From: Eledone cirrhosa
Taxonomy: Eukaryota
Length of the DNA stretch: 64,000 nt
Direction of reading: 5' to 3'
NCBI GenBank assembly: GCA_964016885.1
Contig: OZ024743.1
Location: 205,220,001 to 205,284,000 of the forward strand
Position numbers and translations under genes: made by a program. Below are positions 27,131-40,812 of the stretch, piece by piece (within the stretch, counting starts at the first letter, position 1; every line of letters starts with the position of its first letter). The notes under the pieces are model-generated. The model did not search any database. It was not told the origin of the DNA and was given only the letters and a program-made list of their open reading frames with translations.

Positions 27131-28605
27131 TTAATTGTAAGTTGTGATGTTGCTGTTCCATTCATTTTTTCTATTTAATTTTGGTTGGAGTTCATTTATG
27201 TCTATTGCCTCTGTGATTTGTCTAAATATTGCATCTTTTCTGTGTGTAGATTCTATTTTCATTTCTATGTTCTCTAATTTTCCCTTATGTTCTATTTTAA
27301 CATGTTGGTGGAGTACAGATGATTCTTTACTATCTTGAAGCTCTCGCCAGTGTTCATTTATCCGTTCCCCTATACTACGAGCTGTCTCACCTATGTACAC
27401 TATGTTCTTATCTTTACATTGTCCTTCAGTACATCTTATGCTATACACTACATTTCTAGTTTTACAGTTAATATGGGGGCTTAGTTTACAGATTATACAT
27501 TTCTTATCTATACAGGGAGGTCTTTGAAAAGGGTATGTATTGCTAATAAGTGTTTTATGGAGGTACCTGGTCTTTCTACTATCTTAATATTGAGTTTATG
27601 TTTATCTAGGGCCCTTCTAAATTTGTAAGCTAATTCACCTCTAGGGGTTGTATCGATGAACATTACACTCTGGTATTTATTGCTATCATACCATGAGTTT
27701 ATTCTATTAACCTTATTCCTAGTTCTTTCTGTTCTATTCCAAAATTTGCTCCTATACAAGGGGCAGGTCCCATTTGTATCATTATTTACCATTTTTTCCC
27801 ATTTGGTTCTGGCTCCTCTATATACTCTGATTTTATCTCTCTGATTGTAACCAGAGAACTGCATACGGTGGATGAAGTGCTGTATGTGTCTCTCTAGTTC
27901 TTTGGGGTTGCACATGTGGGACACGTTTCTCATCACCCATACCAAATCCGCAATCAGTATGTTGATTTTGGTATGGTCCGAAACAGCTGAGTTTCGGTGG
28001 ATCAGATATTTGGAAGTCATGGGTTTGGCATAATGGGAATGGAGGATTTGTTTTTTGTTATTAATGGTATCTAACCAGAGCTCTGTGTCTAGTACAGGTA
28101 ATCGATGGTTGGGGTGTTTGCTTGGGTAGTCTATAGTAACTCTAATACTCTGGTGGATGGAGTTAGCTATTTGCTGGATGCTTTCCATGGTGTTTTTCTC
28201 TAATTCCTGACTGTTCTCTAGTGGGGGTGTTTTTACTACGATGTTTATATCATCAACATAGTGGGAGTACATTATCAGGGTTAAGAGGTTGCTGTCTTCT
28301 AATTGTTCTTTAATTTCAAGTTTAAGTATATTGTCCAACCATACCATCAATAGGTTAGCTATGTCACCTGCAATGCTAACACCAATGGCTGCTCCCTCCT
28401 CTTGGGCATATGTTTTTCTATTAAATTTGAACATATGTTCCTTAAGGGTTAATTTTATACTGGCCCCCACCGCATGTGCAATCATTTTCTTTAGTTCATC
28501 GTGGTTTTCGGGGGTCCGTATGGCTCTGGTCCACCCGTTCCATCTATCTGTGTGGGTTTTCTTGGCCATTGAGGTAATGGTAGGTGGTCTGCCTCTTGCT
28601 GGTCT

Positions 28606-28607
<2 letters not shown>
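27131..28607 (-). pseudogene. PLE RT-GIY-YIG ORF, frameshift near 27545
   Basis: YAQEEGAAIG, YVDD, LPVLD, HYAKPM; after the frameshift PCIDKKCIICK...C....VVYSIRC..YIGETARS..ERINEH. Confidence 0.88.
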
Positions 28608-28643
<36 letters not shown>

Positions 28644-28994
28644 CAGGGAGCTACAAAGGTAGGTATACAATAAAGATTAAACCAATATTATAATTATTGA
28701 TATGTTTGTATAATCATTAAAATACATTTTGTGTGCACGTTTTGTTTTTCATTACCGTATACCTACTTTTGCAACCCCCGCCCACCTGTATATATATATA
28801 TATGTATATATAAAACTCTCCCCGCCTGCTTAGAGTTGTTTTATTTTTTCAAACTCTGTTGTTCCAACTTTTTCTCTCTCTGAACTCTCCATTTCTTGAA
28901 GAAGGACTTATGTCTGATACTTTGAAAATCTTATTTACTTCTTCCCAAGCATGAAATTAATAAGACTTTGTGTCTTGTTTATTCTTGAACTATA

Positions 28995-29340
28995 TCATCA
29001 TCATCATTTTATGTTCGTTGTTCCACGCTTGCATGGTTCGGACAGATCCTTCTCAGTACAGTATCTCTCCACTTGTCGCATTCCGTTGTCATCTTTATGA
29101 GCTTTAGTAATCTGAGATAAGCTCTCATCACTTCCATCCACTCAGGACTTCCTTGGTCGTCCTCCACTGCAGCTTCCTTCCACTGGGATTATTAGGCACT
29201 TCTTCATCCATGCTCATCACATGTCAATCCCAGCACAGTCTCCTCTCCTGCACAACACCTCTGATTCCTCTTAAACCCAGTTTCTCCCTCAGTTCATCTC
29301 TGCTTTGTCAATTTTGTACATTAACATTGCACATCCATAT
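28995..29340 (-). mobile_element. RTE LINE 3' end
   Basis: Homology to 5300-5665. Confidence 0.75.
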
Positions 29341-29620
29341 GCTCAGAGTTACTGAAGCATGGAACAAGCTACCTGCATCAGTCGTTAGCTGTTGGGAGAC
29401 TGCATCCTTCAAAGCCTCCATACTTCCCTGAAAGTTGCAAACATTACACTTGATATTCCCACTCCATACACACGCACGCATGTATCTGTGTCTACATCAT
29501 GACTCATTCATTGTTCACTTTCCTGACATTTAGACATTATCCTATGTACAATACATGCACCTTTGATGAGGTGTAGTGCACCTGAGCATTGTACACAATA
29601 ATTTTCATTATTTTTATTAT
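29341..29620 (+). mobile_element. CR1/L2-group LINE 3' end
   Basis: RVTEAWNKLPASVV....SFK resembles the typical CR1-group C-terminal motif; (ATT)n-like tail. Confidence 0.65.
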
Positions 29621-29832
29621 TATATAAATGTGAATGTGTGTGTGTGTGTGTGTGTAAATCAATGGTTGAGTTACCTGGGATAAAGTAGTGAAAGTGTTAA
29701 AACTATATGTGAACCGGTTTTATTACGCAGTGATAAAAATAAAATAACCTTTGTTTCTATTGAAAACATCCACGATTGACATATTCTCAAACAAAAAAAA
29801 AGCTTTTGTTGGATTTACTGCATTATAAAACA

Positions 29833-30470
29833 CTAGCAGTGGTACCCGGCGTTGCACGGGATAAGGTATTTTGGAACGTGGGCCGCCAACAGACCTAATC
29901 GTGGAAAAACTGCATGCCTGGACAATATGTAAAGAAAATAAACCGAATACTCTGATGGCTGGATAATCTAAGATTTTCCTCGATGAAGCAGGAAAAAGGC
30001 AGATTTTCACCTAATGCGGGCCCTAGGGGATCAAGAAAAGGCCCTAGGGGATCAAGAAAATGAATTTTTTTTATGTGCATAATATACCTTGAAATTTTGG
30101 GAAAATCGGCTAGACGTAACGCCTCAAAAAAGCTGAAAAAAATGAAGTATTGCACCTAATGCGGGCCCTAGAAGAAGAGACTGACTAATACATAGTTACA
30201 ATTTCAAGGAAATCGGTCTGACGTAACGCATCAAAAACCCCTAAAAAGCTGGAAAAAACGCAGTTTTTCACCTAATGCAGTCCTTAGGGTATCAAAAAGT
30301 TGAATTTTTTTATATGCATAACACTCCCTGAAAGATAAGTAATACACATGTAAAGTTTGAAAAAGATCGGTTAGGTACTTCTCGAGTTTCACACACACAC
30401 ACATACATACATACATACATACATACCATACATACATCCTTCCTCAGCTTTATATATATACATATATAGA
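29833..30470 (-). mobile_element. Non-autonomous Helitron
   Basis: Minus strand A|TC...hairpin cccgtgcaacgccggg...CTAG|T; internal ~130-240 bp repeats. Confidence 0.7.
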
Positions 30471-30675
30471 TTAAAATAACAGATTAAAGTTTAAGCAAAG
30501 AATCGTTGCTTTCACCCTTAACGGGATCTTCTGAAACTAAAAACATCAATCTGTGAACGCAGAAATAAATATTTCGAAAAACGTTGCAACCGAAGGAAAA
30601 CAGGAAGACGATACTTTAGTTCATGAAGACGTTCCTTGGCAATAAACGAATAATAGCGAACATAATACGTCATCA
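30471..30675 (-). mobile_element. Solo pLTR of the Naiad-type family with A4 HHR (30488-30538)
   Basis: Reverse-complement homology to 20513-20718; CAGAAGA core retained. Confidence 0.85.
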
Positions 30676-31000
30676 ATGTTCGTCAGAATGTCGTAATGCA
30701 GACAGCCAGGCATACAGACAGATATTATAAGAGTGTGACGGAGATGGATAACCGGCGCCTAACACCCCTTTAACAACAGAAAATTGAAAAATAAAAGCTG
30801 CAGTTAATATCTTTAGACCGCAAGGAATATATAAATTCAAGTTTGAAGTCAATCGGTGTAGAAATGTGGATTTGTATAGACTTTGCAAAAATGAGGGGAC
30901 ACACACACAGACAACATCAGTTTTATATATATAGATATGTATGTGTGGGTATATACATACATATATGTATTCACACACACATATATATATATATATGCAT

Positions 31001-32765
31001 ACGAGAAGAAGCATATGGAAGTTAAAGGACCCCACAGCCAGTAACAAATTTAAAAGCATACCACTTGATGCTTTTGACAGTAAGGAAGAGCAATTAGAGA
31101 CGTACAGCATAGAGGAACAGTGGGAATTCCTGAAAGTTAACCTACTGAAGGCGACAGATGAAATCTGTGGCTGGAGCAGACCTATAGGCAGGAGGAGAGT
31201 AACATGGTGGTGGAACAGTAAGGTGGAGGAGTCAATCAAGGCCAAAAAGCAAGCCTGGAAAGTATGGCGGGATGGGGGAAGTAGAGAAGACTATCAAGTG
31301 GCCAGTGGGGAAGCTAGGAGACAAGTGTACCTTGCAAGAAGGGAAGCAGAAGAAAGAAAGTTCAAGCATGTTCTACAACACGAGGACCAAAAACGTGAGG
31401 TGTTCAGGATTGCTAGACAATGTGTCAAGGAAAACCATGATATTGTCGGGGAGAAGTGTGTCCGTAATGATGATGGTATACTTGCCATCACTGATACTGA
31501 TAAGAAGGTAGCTTGGAAGTGTCACTACGAGAGGCTACTAAATGAGGAGAATAAGTGGGTAAAAGATAGTTTGCCCCAAATCGATCCAATAGATGGACCA
31601 GGAGTGCAAGTTGAAGGTAGTATAATAAGTAAGGCAATCAAAGATATGAAGACAGGCAAAGCAGCTGGGCCTTCGGAGATAGTTGCTGAAATGCTGAAAG
31701 CATCTGGATCGGTGGGACACACTATTATCTCCCGGATAGTAAACCAAGTCATACCAAATGACTGGCATAGCAGCATCATCATTAACTGCTACAAGGGTAA
31801 AGAAGATGCCCTAGATAGGGGAAACTAGAGAGGTATTAAATTAATTGACCAGGTCATGAAGGTCACAGAAAGAGTTATAGCGCAAGTAATGAGAGGGTGA
31901 ATTGATCTAGATGAAATGCAGTTTGGGTTTGTGTCAGGTAAAAGTACCACAGACACTCTTTTCCTTGTACGACAACTACAGGAGAAGTCCTAGCTAAAAG
32001 TAAACCCCTATACTTAGCTTTTGTTGACTTGGAGAAAGCCTTTGACAGAGTCCCCCGCCCCACTATCTGGTGGGCTCTTAGAAAACTAGGTGTTGATGAA
32101 TGGGTCGTGAGAGCTATACAAGACATGTATAAAGAAACAGTAAGCAAGGTTATAATTAACAACGAATATAGTGAAGAATTTAGCGTAAAAGTCGGTGTTC
32201 ATCAGGGCTCTGTCCTTAGTCCCTTCCTATTTATTATTGCCCTTCAGGCTATAACAGAGGAGTTCAAGACCGGCTGCCCATGGGAACTTCTATACACAGA
32301 TAATCTAATGCTCATAGCTGAATCATTGGCTGAACTAGAGAAGAAATTCCAAACTTGAAAGCGTGGCCTAGAATCAAAAGGCCTTAAAATTAACTTGTCT
32401 AAGACTAAAGTTCTAGTATGTAGGAAGGAAAATAGGGCACAGGTCCCCTCTGGGAAATGGCCATGCTCAGTGTGTAGGAAAGAAGTAGGCAGAAACTCCA
32501 TTTTATGTCCCAAATGCAAAGTATAGGTGCATAAAAGATGTAGTGGGATCACAGGTAAACTAACTAAGAACATAGATTTTATATGTGGCCGGTGCTCAAG
32601 TGCAATAAGTAGTAGCAAGTGTCCACAGGATACTAGCTCCTTCCATTGCCCAGATGGTTCTATAGAAATAGTGGACACCTTCCGTTACCTGGGTGACAAA
32701 ATCAGCAGTGGTGGAGGGTGATCTGCAAGTACAGTAGCTAGAGTCAGAACGGGATGGAAAAAGCT
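31001..32765 (+). mobile_element. RTE LINE internal fragment (RT, disrupted)
   Basis: TWWWN, KAAGPS, DLEKAFDRV, GVHQGSVLSP, LLYTDN and a Cys-rich finger; stops and frameshifts. Confidence 0.92.
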
Positions 32766-33000
32766 CTGATCAGAGCAAACAGCACGGACACTCTATCTCA
32801 AAATTATTTTTGAAAAGCATTTAGAAATGCGCAACCGGTAAAATCTTAAAAACTTAAAACCACAACTGAATACTAACCCATACAATCACTAATACTCTTT
32901 TATTCCTAATTAAACCATTTTTCAACTGTGAACAATTTGTCAGCATTTTCTATTCCGTTTACCAATATATAATAACTTGTGTATTACACCTCTATTCTTT

Positions 33001-33035
<35 letters not shown>

Positions 33036-33040
<5 letters not shown>

Positions 33041-33160
33041 ATATAGAAATGACTTCTACAGGACTAGAACTGTTTCATTCGAAGGAAGTCATCAGAAGCG
33101 ATTTCTATATTAAATATTTATACTCTGCTATTGAGTACCTTACTGTGGTCATCCCGGGAT
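33036..33160. mobile_element. Fold-back element with HHR 33052-33099 (-)
   Basis: CTGATGA cttccttcgaat GAAA cag-ttctagtc-ctg TA gaagt; TTGAGTAC at 33131. Confidence 0.7.
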
Positions 33161-33163
33161 ATG

Positions 33164-33200
<37 letters not shown>

Positions 33201-33206
33201 GGTAAA

Positions 33207-33306
<100 letters not shown>

Positions 33307-33561
33307 ATATTTCGGGAGGGTTATATTGTTATAATATTGCCAGAAATAATAATAAAACACACTCACTGTTTGGTTTCGATTGGTTTACGCTTCTATATAT
33401 TTTATATCCCTATAGTTAATTTAGCTAGCAATCCATATATAATATTACAACAATATGGCCATCCCCAAATATAACAATATTTGTTTCACAAATTCATATC
33501 AATCACACAATTCACACAATTTCATATCAAAAACCTTGCAAAATATATATATATGTGTATG

Positions 33562-33875
33562 TATCCAGGGAGTGTAACTCGGAGTTATTGTAGGTTCACC
33601 CGGGTGAGTACTCAATGTTTAGGTTCATGTTGGTATCGAGGTGCAGAGCTAGAAAGAGTGTAGTATAATAAGATAAAATAAAACAAGGACCAGTGGTTAC
33701 TCCTTCATTACGTTTATTTGTTGGTGACTCACGTTTCGCTATTGATCAACTTAAGGTTCGATCTGTATCGATACCGATCGAACCTTAAGCTGATCAGTGG
33801 CGAAACGTGTGTCACCAACCAATAAACGTAATGAAGGAGTAACCACTGGTCCTTGTTTTATTTTATCTTATTATA
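33562..33875. mobile_element. Fold-back element, palindrome 33664-33875 of HHR 3' halves plus tail
   Basis: Arms read GAAA cgtgtg TC accaac and GAAA cgtgag TC accaac outward; GTACTCAA at 33608. Confidence 0.7.
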
Positions 33876-34089
33876 TATGTATGTATATATATAAGGAAAA
33901 TGATTAAAAAAAGCGTTTGAAAAGCTCACTATATATATAAAGGATCTTTATAACATGTATATATATATATTAGGATAGAACCAGATAAAACTAGTTAGAC
34001 CATTACTCAACAGAGTACTTGATACTTAGGATAGTAAACCCCCCCCCCCCCGACTCTTTATATGAATATATATATTGAACCTGGGACAT

Positions 34090-34460
34090 GCATCATCATC
34101 ATCATCATCATCATACATCCGCTTTTCCCTGCTTGCAAGGGTGGGACGGGTCTTATTCAGCACAGCATCTCTCCCCTTGTCACGGTCCTTCGTCATCTCC
34201 ACCGTGAGCTTCAGCGATCTGAGGTCTGTTCTCACCCCCCCCCCCCCTGTTTTTCATGGTCTACCTCTACCACATCTTTTTTCAACTGGCATTTCCTGGC
34301 ACTTCTTCACCCATCGGTCATCCTCCATGCGTATCACATGTCCATACCACCTCATCTCCTCTCCCGTACACTACATTCTATCCCTCTCAGACACAGTTTC
34401 TCTCTCAACACATTCATGCTGGGTCGTTCACGCACATTCACACTGCACATCCAACGGAGC
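34090..34460 (-). mobile_element. RTE LINE 3' end
   Basis: Homology to 7095-7530; tail matches that of SINE family 1. Confidence 0.85.
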
Positions 34461-34556
34461 AATATATATATATATATATATTATAACTGTTGAGTGCTTC
34501 TAATTTATTGTAAAAATGTATTCGTTGAGTAATCAACGAACCATACTAATCTTTAG

Positions 34557-34611
<55 letters not shown>

Positions 34612-35579
34612 ATGTGTGTGAGTGTGGATAGAGTCTCTCTGTGTGTGTGTGTGTGTGTGAGTGTGGAGCCGGGTCTGTTTGAGTGTGTATGCATATATGT
34701 GAATGTGGAGGGGGCCTGTCTACCATTCCCACCCCGCCTGTAAGAGTATCTGACTGTGTGTTGTATTATTTCTCATTGTGTCTGTCTACCTCACTCTGAC
34801 TGTAAGAATGTGTGTGTGAGTTTGTTTGCATGTGTATATGTGTGTGAGTGTGTGTATGTATGTATGTGTCTGCATGTGTGTGTCAGTATGTATGTGTGTG
34901 TCTGTATGTATGTGCATGTGTGTGTCTGTATGTGAGTATGTATGTGTGTATATGTGTACATGTGTGTGTTTGTGTGTGTGTGTGTCTGTGTCTGTGAGTC
35001 TGTATGTGTATGTACATGTATGTGTGCGTCTGCACTTTTATGAAGTCTGCAGATCAATTTTTATGCTGAGTTGTTTGTTTCTCATTAACTCTACCTTCCT
35101 CTCCCCCATCCACACCTTCCCTTCCATTCTTTCTCTCTCTACCCCTCCCACCCTTTCTTTCTCTCCTCTCTCCCTCCCCCTTTCATGTTCCCTCTTGCCT
35201 TGTCTCCTCCACATCTCCATTTAAATATATACACACACACACGCGCGCACACTCACACACGCACGCACACACACACACATATATGTTCATAAGATATTTG
35301 TCAGCCAGTGTATCTAAGACCAAGCTAGAACCTTCCTTCACAGTTTCAGCATTCTCTCTCTTTTGTCTTATCTCTATATTTATTCACCACATCCACTATT
35401 TTTGTTGTTTTCAGTATACGTGGCAACCCACACATCAACAGTATGCTGAAGGAGGAGGAGGAGGGGGAGGAGGAGGAGGCAAGCTCTGTGCTTGCCTTAT
35501 AAGTTATAACCTTTTGCAGATGGTTGACTTGCTGCAGTTGAGGGGAAAAGCAAAACGTTTTCAAAAAATCTCATGTTAA

Positions 35580-35919
35580 CCCTTTAATGCCCACAAATGA
35601 AATACATGCCATTTGAATTAATTAATGAAGAATTTTGAGAGATTTACTAAAATTATTAATTATTTCATTACTAAGAAAGTAACTTAACCCTTCCATGACC
35701 ACATTTCTAGAGAAATACACTCTATTTGAATTAATTAATGAAGAATTTTGAGGGATTTACTAAAATTATTTATTATTTCATTACTATGAAAGTAACTTAA
35801 TTTAAGGATCTTATAGAAAATTATGTTGGAATATGTTAATTTAAATTGAAAACCTTTAAATTGGGTGGTTTTATTTAATAGAACCAGAGCTGGTTTTGGC
35901 TGGATTGGTAACTAAAGGG
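35580..35919. mobile_element. piggyBac-like MITE
   Basis: TTAA|CCCTTTA...TAAAGGG|TTAA; internal ~110-bp tandem duplication. Confidence 0.7.
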
Positions 35920-35930
35920 TTAAACTTTGA

Positions 35931-35974
<44 letters not shown>

Positions 35975-36324
35975 CTGCCACTCAATCTATGTTTGTTTTC
36001 TGTCACTCTCTCTCACCTACTTTCTCCCCCTGCCCCTATTTCCTCTCTGTCTCTCTCTTCTCAACAGTTATACATCTTCTCTACTCACCTATGTTAACTA
36101 AATACTAATTTACCTAATTTCAGGTAAAAAGCGTTCACTTATTCCCAAATAAATTTTATCTAATAAATAGGTGTAGCTGGATAGTTTTAATTTATTTATT
36201 AGCAAATGTTTTGGAAACGTGATAATCGTGTTAGAGTTGTTGTTGTTGTTGTTGCTGCTGCTGCTACTGCTGTTGTTGTTGTTGTTCTTCTTCTTCTTCT
36301 TTTTCTTCTTCTTCGCCCTCATTC

Positions 36325-36810
36325 CTGAGAGGGTTGTGGGGGCAGAACCCTCAAGCACCCCTTTCCTTGTGAGGCAACTGCAGGAGAAGTACCAAACTAA
36401 ACCCCTCTACTTGGCATTTGTTCACCAAGAGAAAGTTTTTGACAGGGTCTCCCATTCTGTAACTTAGGAAACTAGGAATAGAAGAGTGGCTGGTAAGGAC
36501 GGTATAAACCATGTACAGAGGTGCTGTCATAATGACTATAGCAAGGAGTTTAGAGTGCAAGTTGGGGTCCACCAAGGCTTTGGCTTTAGCCCTCTCCTGT
36601 TTATTTTCGTTCTCCAGGCTATAACAGAAGAGTTTAAAACAGGATGCCCTTGGGAACTCCTGTATGCTGATGACCTAACTCTCATAGCTGAATCTATGAT
36701 AGAACTAGAGAAAAAATTCCTGACCTGGAAGCGTAACCTAGAATCAAAAGGACTTAAAGACAGCTTGGCAAAAACTAAAGTCCTTGTAAGCAGAAAGGAA
36801 AATCTTCTGA
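36325..36810 (+). mobile_element. RTE LINE RT fragment
   Basis: GVHQG..SPLLF...TGCPWELLYADDL. Confidence 0.9.
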
Positions 36811-37462
36811 AGTGAAAACAATTTGGCAAAAAGTGATTATATTTTTATGTAAATATGTGTGTGTGTGTGTGTGTCTGTGTGTATGTATCCATGTGTCTGT
36901 GTCAGTGTTCATATCCTATACTTTAGTGAATCAATGAAAATAGTTTGATAAAATAAGTACCAAACTTGAAAAGACAAATACCGGTGTCAATATGATTGAC
37001 TAAATCAAGGTAGAGCTCCTACATGGCAGCAGTCAAATGACTGAAACAAGTAAAAGAGAAAAATGAGTAGCTCCCTATGAGTAACAGAGTTGGCTCATTG
37101 AACTATAGAATTATGTGGATCTAACTTTGATAAAAAATGTGAGTTTTAGTTTTGTCTATAAAAGACACTTGTGTCTTTGACAAAGCTCAGAAAGAAAATA
37201 TATAAAGAAGAAAATCTTATGCAATCTATTTACTTTCTATTTAAGAAATGATATTTTTCTGTGAGAAACAAGCCATGTGCTTCATATGTCTCAACATTAC
37301 AATATTGATTTAAAAGATGATATCAATATATTCTGGTTAGTATCAACTTTAAAAGACCATCTTCATTGATGGATTAAGAAATACTAATACAATGCTGGGC
37401 TGAAAGGCATTTTTAACTCTTAGCAGAAAATATCTAAAATAATTTAGTAGAAAGTATCTAAA

Positions 37463-37665
37463 ATAATGGTTTCTACTTTAGGCACAAGGCCAGCAATTTT
37501 GGGGGATTAAATTGATCCCAGTGCATGACTGCTACTTTATTTTATCGACCCCATAAGGATGAAAGGTAAAGCTAACCACAGCAGGATTTGAACACAGAGC
37601 ATAAAGGGATTTAATTCTATTCTACAAAGCTTGTTGTCTGATGCTCTACTGATACTGCCAATTCC
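37463..37665 (-). mobile_element. SINE family 2
   Basis: Homology to 44892-45075. Confidence 0.8.
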
Positions 37666-38039
37666 CCTTAACAGAAAATATCTAAAATTTCTAAAATTTT
37701 CCTCTGGGGCTAGGATATGTCTTTGAGAAACACAACCTTCGGCCTCCAGGACACATGGTAGATTTTTTAGACTTATTTTAGGAAAAGAAATAGCATCTTT
37801 GATGCTGGGAAATATGGTAATTCAAATGTTTATAGCATCTTTAATAGTGGACAAATCTTTGGGAAAATTTGTAATATTCGAGGAAAGATTTTAATTTTTA
37901 ATGTGATGCAGTTATAGTTGTGTTTTATAATTTTCTAGAATGTCTTTTTAATGCAGTTTTATGGTGGTACAGGATATTAAGTGATAAATAGTTGCAAGTT
38001 TAAAAAAAAGAAATACCAGTGATCTCTTGACCATGGACC

Positions 38040-38043
38040 ATTC

Positions 38044-38074
<31 letters not shown>

Positions 38075-38300
38075 CTTCTTCTTCTTCTTTCTGAGGGGTC
38101 ATGGGGGCAGAGTCCTCAAACACTCTATCCAGCAGGTCCTGTCAGAAGCAACCGTCTCCAACTGATCCAGCTGAATCTCCAAGTGAGACCAACCAAGCTC
38201 ATGAATGTTATCCAACCATCTTACTTGGGGTCTACCCCTGGGTCTCCTGCCAGTTGGTGCTGGACAGATTTTCCAGGTAAAACCAAAAGGACCATTCACA
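38040..38300 (-). mobile_element. 3' end of a second RTE family with (GAA)n tail
   Basis: PTGRRPRGRP..RWLDNIHELGW; homologous to 52330-52550. Confidence 0.8.
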
Positions 38301-38652
38301 GCAAACATGTTCATAACTACACATATAAATAAATTCTTGATCAGATTTTTATTTTTTATTTTTACCTGTTAATTACTCAGTAATAAATTTGTGAAGAACA
38401 GGTAAAATGAAAAGAAGAAAAATCAGAAAAGTCATCTTGTTTTGTTCTTTTTGTCAAGATGTGGAATTGAACTTGTGACCGAATGATTCTGAAGAGAACT
38501 TCTCAAATATATGACTTCGCTATATCCACACCACACACACGCACACATCTAACCTGGCTTGTCTCACAACGGGACAGCTCGTCTAACCCATGCTAGCATG
38601 GAAAATGGATGTTAAACAATGATGATGGTGATATATATATATATATATATAT

Positions 38653-38945
38653 AGGCACATGGCTTAGTGGTTAGAGCATTGGCCTTGCAATCGAAAGGTT
38701 GTGAGTTCAATTCTCAAACCGGGTGATGTGTTGTTTCCTTGAGGAAGACACTTTATTTCACATTGCTCCAGTTTACTCAGCTGTAGAAAGTGGTCGTGGA
38801 GGTGCCACGCAAAAAAAGCACCCAGCACTCACTGTAAATGAGGTTGGTGTTAGGAAGGGCATCCAGCTGTAGAAAACAAGCCACAATCAGTTCCCGTCCC
38901 ACCCTTGCAAGCAGGGAAAAGTGGACGTAAAATGAAATGAAATGA
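38653..38945 (+). mobile_element. SINE family 1
   Basis: A and B boxes and tail. Confidence 0.9.
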
Positions 38946-38949
38946 TATA

Positions 38950-39768
38950 CTAGCCGAATTACCCGCGCCTTGCTGCGTTTCACACATTTTTTTTTGTAAA
39001 AAAATAATGATTGATTTTAAATCAGTGATGTAATTTATGGAGAAAACCTCTGCATTTCAATATTACTCAATGTAAAATGTAATGCATGAAAAATTGGAAA
39101 ACATTATTTTTTGTAATTGGTAGAGGGTCGGACGCCATGCTTTCCAGCATAGTTACGTCCCTTTACGATCTGAGTTCAAATCCCGCTGAGGTTGACTTTG
39201 CCTTTCATCCTTACGGGGGTCGATAAAATAAAGTACCAGTAATGCACTGAGTAATTGCTGGCTTTGTGCTTAAAGTAGAAACAATTATTTTTTGTAATAC
39301 ATCAAATCAAAATTACATTATTAAATCTTATTCTTATTTTGTTTCTTGTAAATAATTTTTTTCAAAATATCAATTCAAAACTTTTGTGAATAGGCATCTT
39401 TAAATTTCATATTAATCGATGGGAAAAAAATTTCAGCAGGGGTTTGTGCTCCCAGGGAACCCTAATAGGGGGTTTAACCTTCATTAGGGTATCTTAATAT
39501 TATAGAAATTTGCTGAAATTTGTGAATAGGCATCATACCTTGTCATTTACCTATGGTTTAAATTTCATATAAATCGAAGGGAAAAAATTTTCTGCAGGGT
39601 TTGTGCCCCCGGGGAACCCTTTGATTAAAATGAAATATACTTATCCAAGTACCCTGCGCAATGTAGTTTCAGAATATATATGTTATGGGATCTATTGCCA
39701 AAACCATAGGAGGAGTTTGTGAACAAACAAACAAACAGACAGGAACTACAACTTTATATATATATATA
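38950..39768 (-). mobile_element. Non-autonomous Helitron containing a SINE family 2 copy (39117-39290, +)
   Basis: CTAG|T end with GC hairpin; other end (ACAA)n..ctttatatata as in 29833-30470. Confidence 0.6.
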
Positions 39769-40070
39769 TGTAAAATTCAAGGAGACAACAAACCGAGGTA
39801 CAAAAAGCCTTATTAGTTTCATGCTTTATATCAGATGATGGAGCTGGGCCATCGAAATATGTATAGTGATTTTGCAGAATTAAAATTCTAAAGCAAATCT
39901 TCCAGTCCGGCCTTTCTGTTGTTGTTTAATGAGTATATATGTATATGTGTCTCTGTGTGTGTACATAAATACATATATATATATATATATGTACATATAC
40001 ATATATGTATATATATATTAATAATATTAATAAATGGAAAATATCTTTATAAAACCATATTTATTTTATT

Positions 40071-40131
40071 TATTTTATTATACGTATTTCAAGGGTGCTA
40101 ATATTTAAGTATGCTTTCATCAGATAAAATA
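40071..40131 (-). ncRNA. Type I HHR
   Basis: Reverse complement of 40235-40295. Confidence 0.8.
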
Positions 40132-40234
40132 TAATAATTGGTGTTAAGATAGTGACATATCTTCATGTGAACTTAATGGCATAAGTCCATTAAGTTCACA
40201 TGAAGATATGTCACTATCTTAACACCAATTATTA

Positions 40235-40295
40235 TATTTTATCTGATGAAAGCATACTTAAATATTAGCACCCTTGAAATACGTATAATAAAATA
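40235..40295 (+). ncRNA. Type I HHR
   Basis: tattttat CTGATGA aagcatacttaaatattagcaccctt GAAA tacgta TA ataaaata; 8-bp stem I. Confidence 0.8.
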
Positions 40296-40763
40296 AATAA
40301 GGTTTTCTAAAGGTATTTTCCATTTATTAATATTATTAATATTAATGATACTCCAGAGAAATCGGTTGAGTGTTTCTAGTCTGTTGTAAAATTAACTTTG
40401 TTGAATAATCAACAAATCATATAACTCATTGTTTATATATATAATTGTATTAATATAATATAATATATATATATATAAGTATAACAATATCATCATCATC
40501 ATCATCATCACCGTTTTACGTCCGTTCTTCCACGCTAGCATGGGTTAGACGGGTTGTCCTGTTGTGGGCAGTGTCTGGTCGGCTGACCATGCCTTGCTCA
40601 TACAGGAACTGATCTGGCTTGATTTCTACAGCTGGATGCCCTTCCTAACACCAACCTCATTTACAGTGAGTGCTGGGTGCTTTTTCGTGGCGCCTACACG
40701 TCCACTTTACAGTGTGGGCTGGGTGCTTTTTTGCCGTGGCACCTCCACGACCACCTTGCGGTG

Positions 40764-40811
<48 letters not shown>

Positions 40812-40812
<1 letters not shown>

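Larger units (their letters stand above)
26721..28607 (-). mobile_element. 5'-truncated Penelope-like element (non-Naiad, Neptune-like Cys linker)
   Basis: RT + GIY-YIG ORF, 3' pLTR with HHR, (TA)n on both sides. Confidence 0.9.
40017..40433. mobile_element. Fold-back element with HHRs on both strands and tail
   Basis: Centre at about 40183; TTGAGTGT at 40366; hairpin tttgttga..tcaacaaa. Confidence 0.85.

Noticed and set aside
35283-35579. Poly-Gly exon
   Set aside because: (GGA)n microsatellite with no convincing exon boundaries.
39826-39872. HHR-like gatgg/ccatc GAAA tatgta TA
   Set aside because: The 5' core overlaps stem II and stem I is weak; at most a half-motif.
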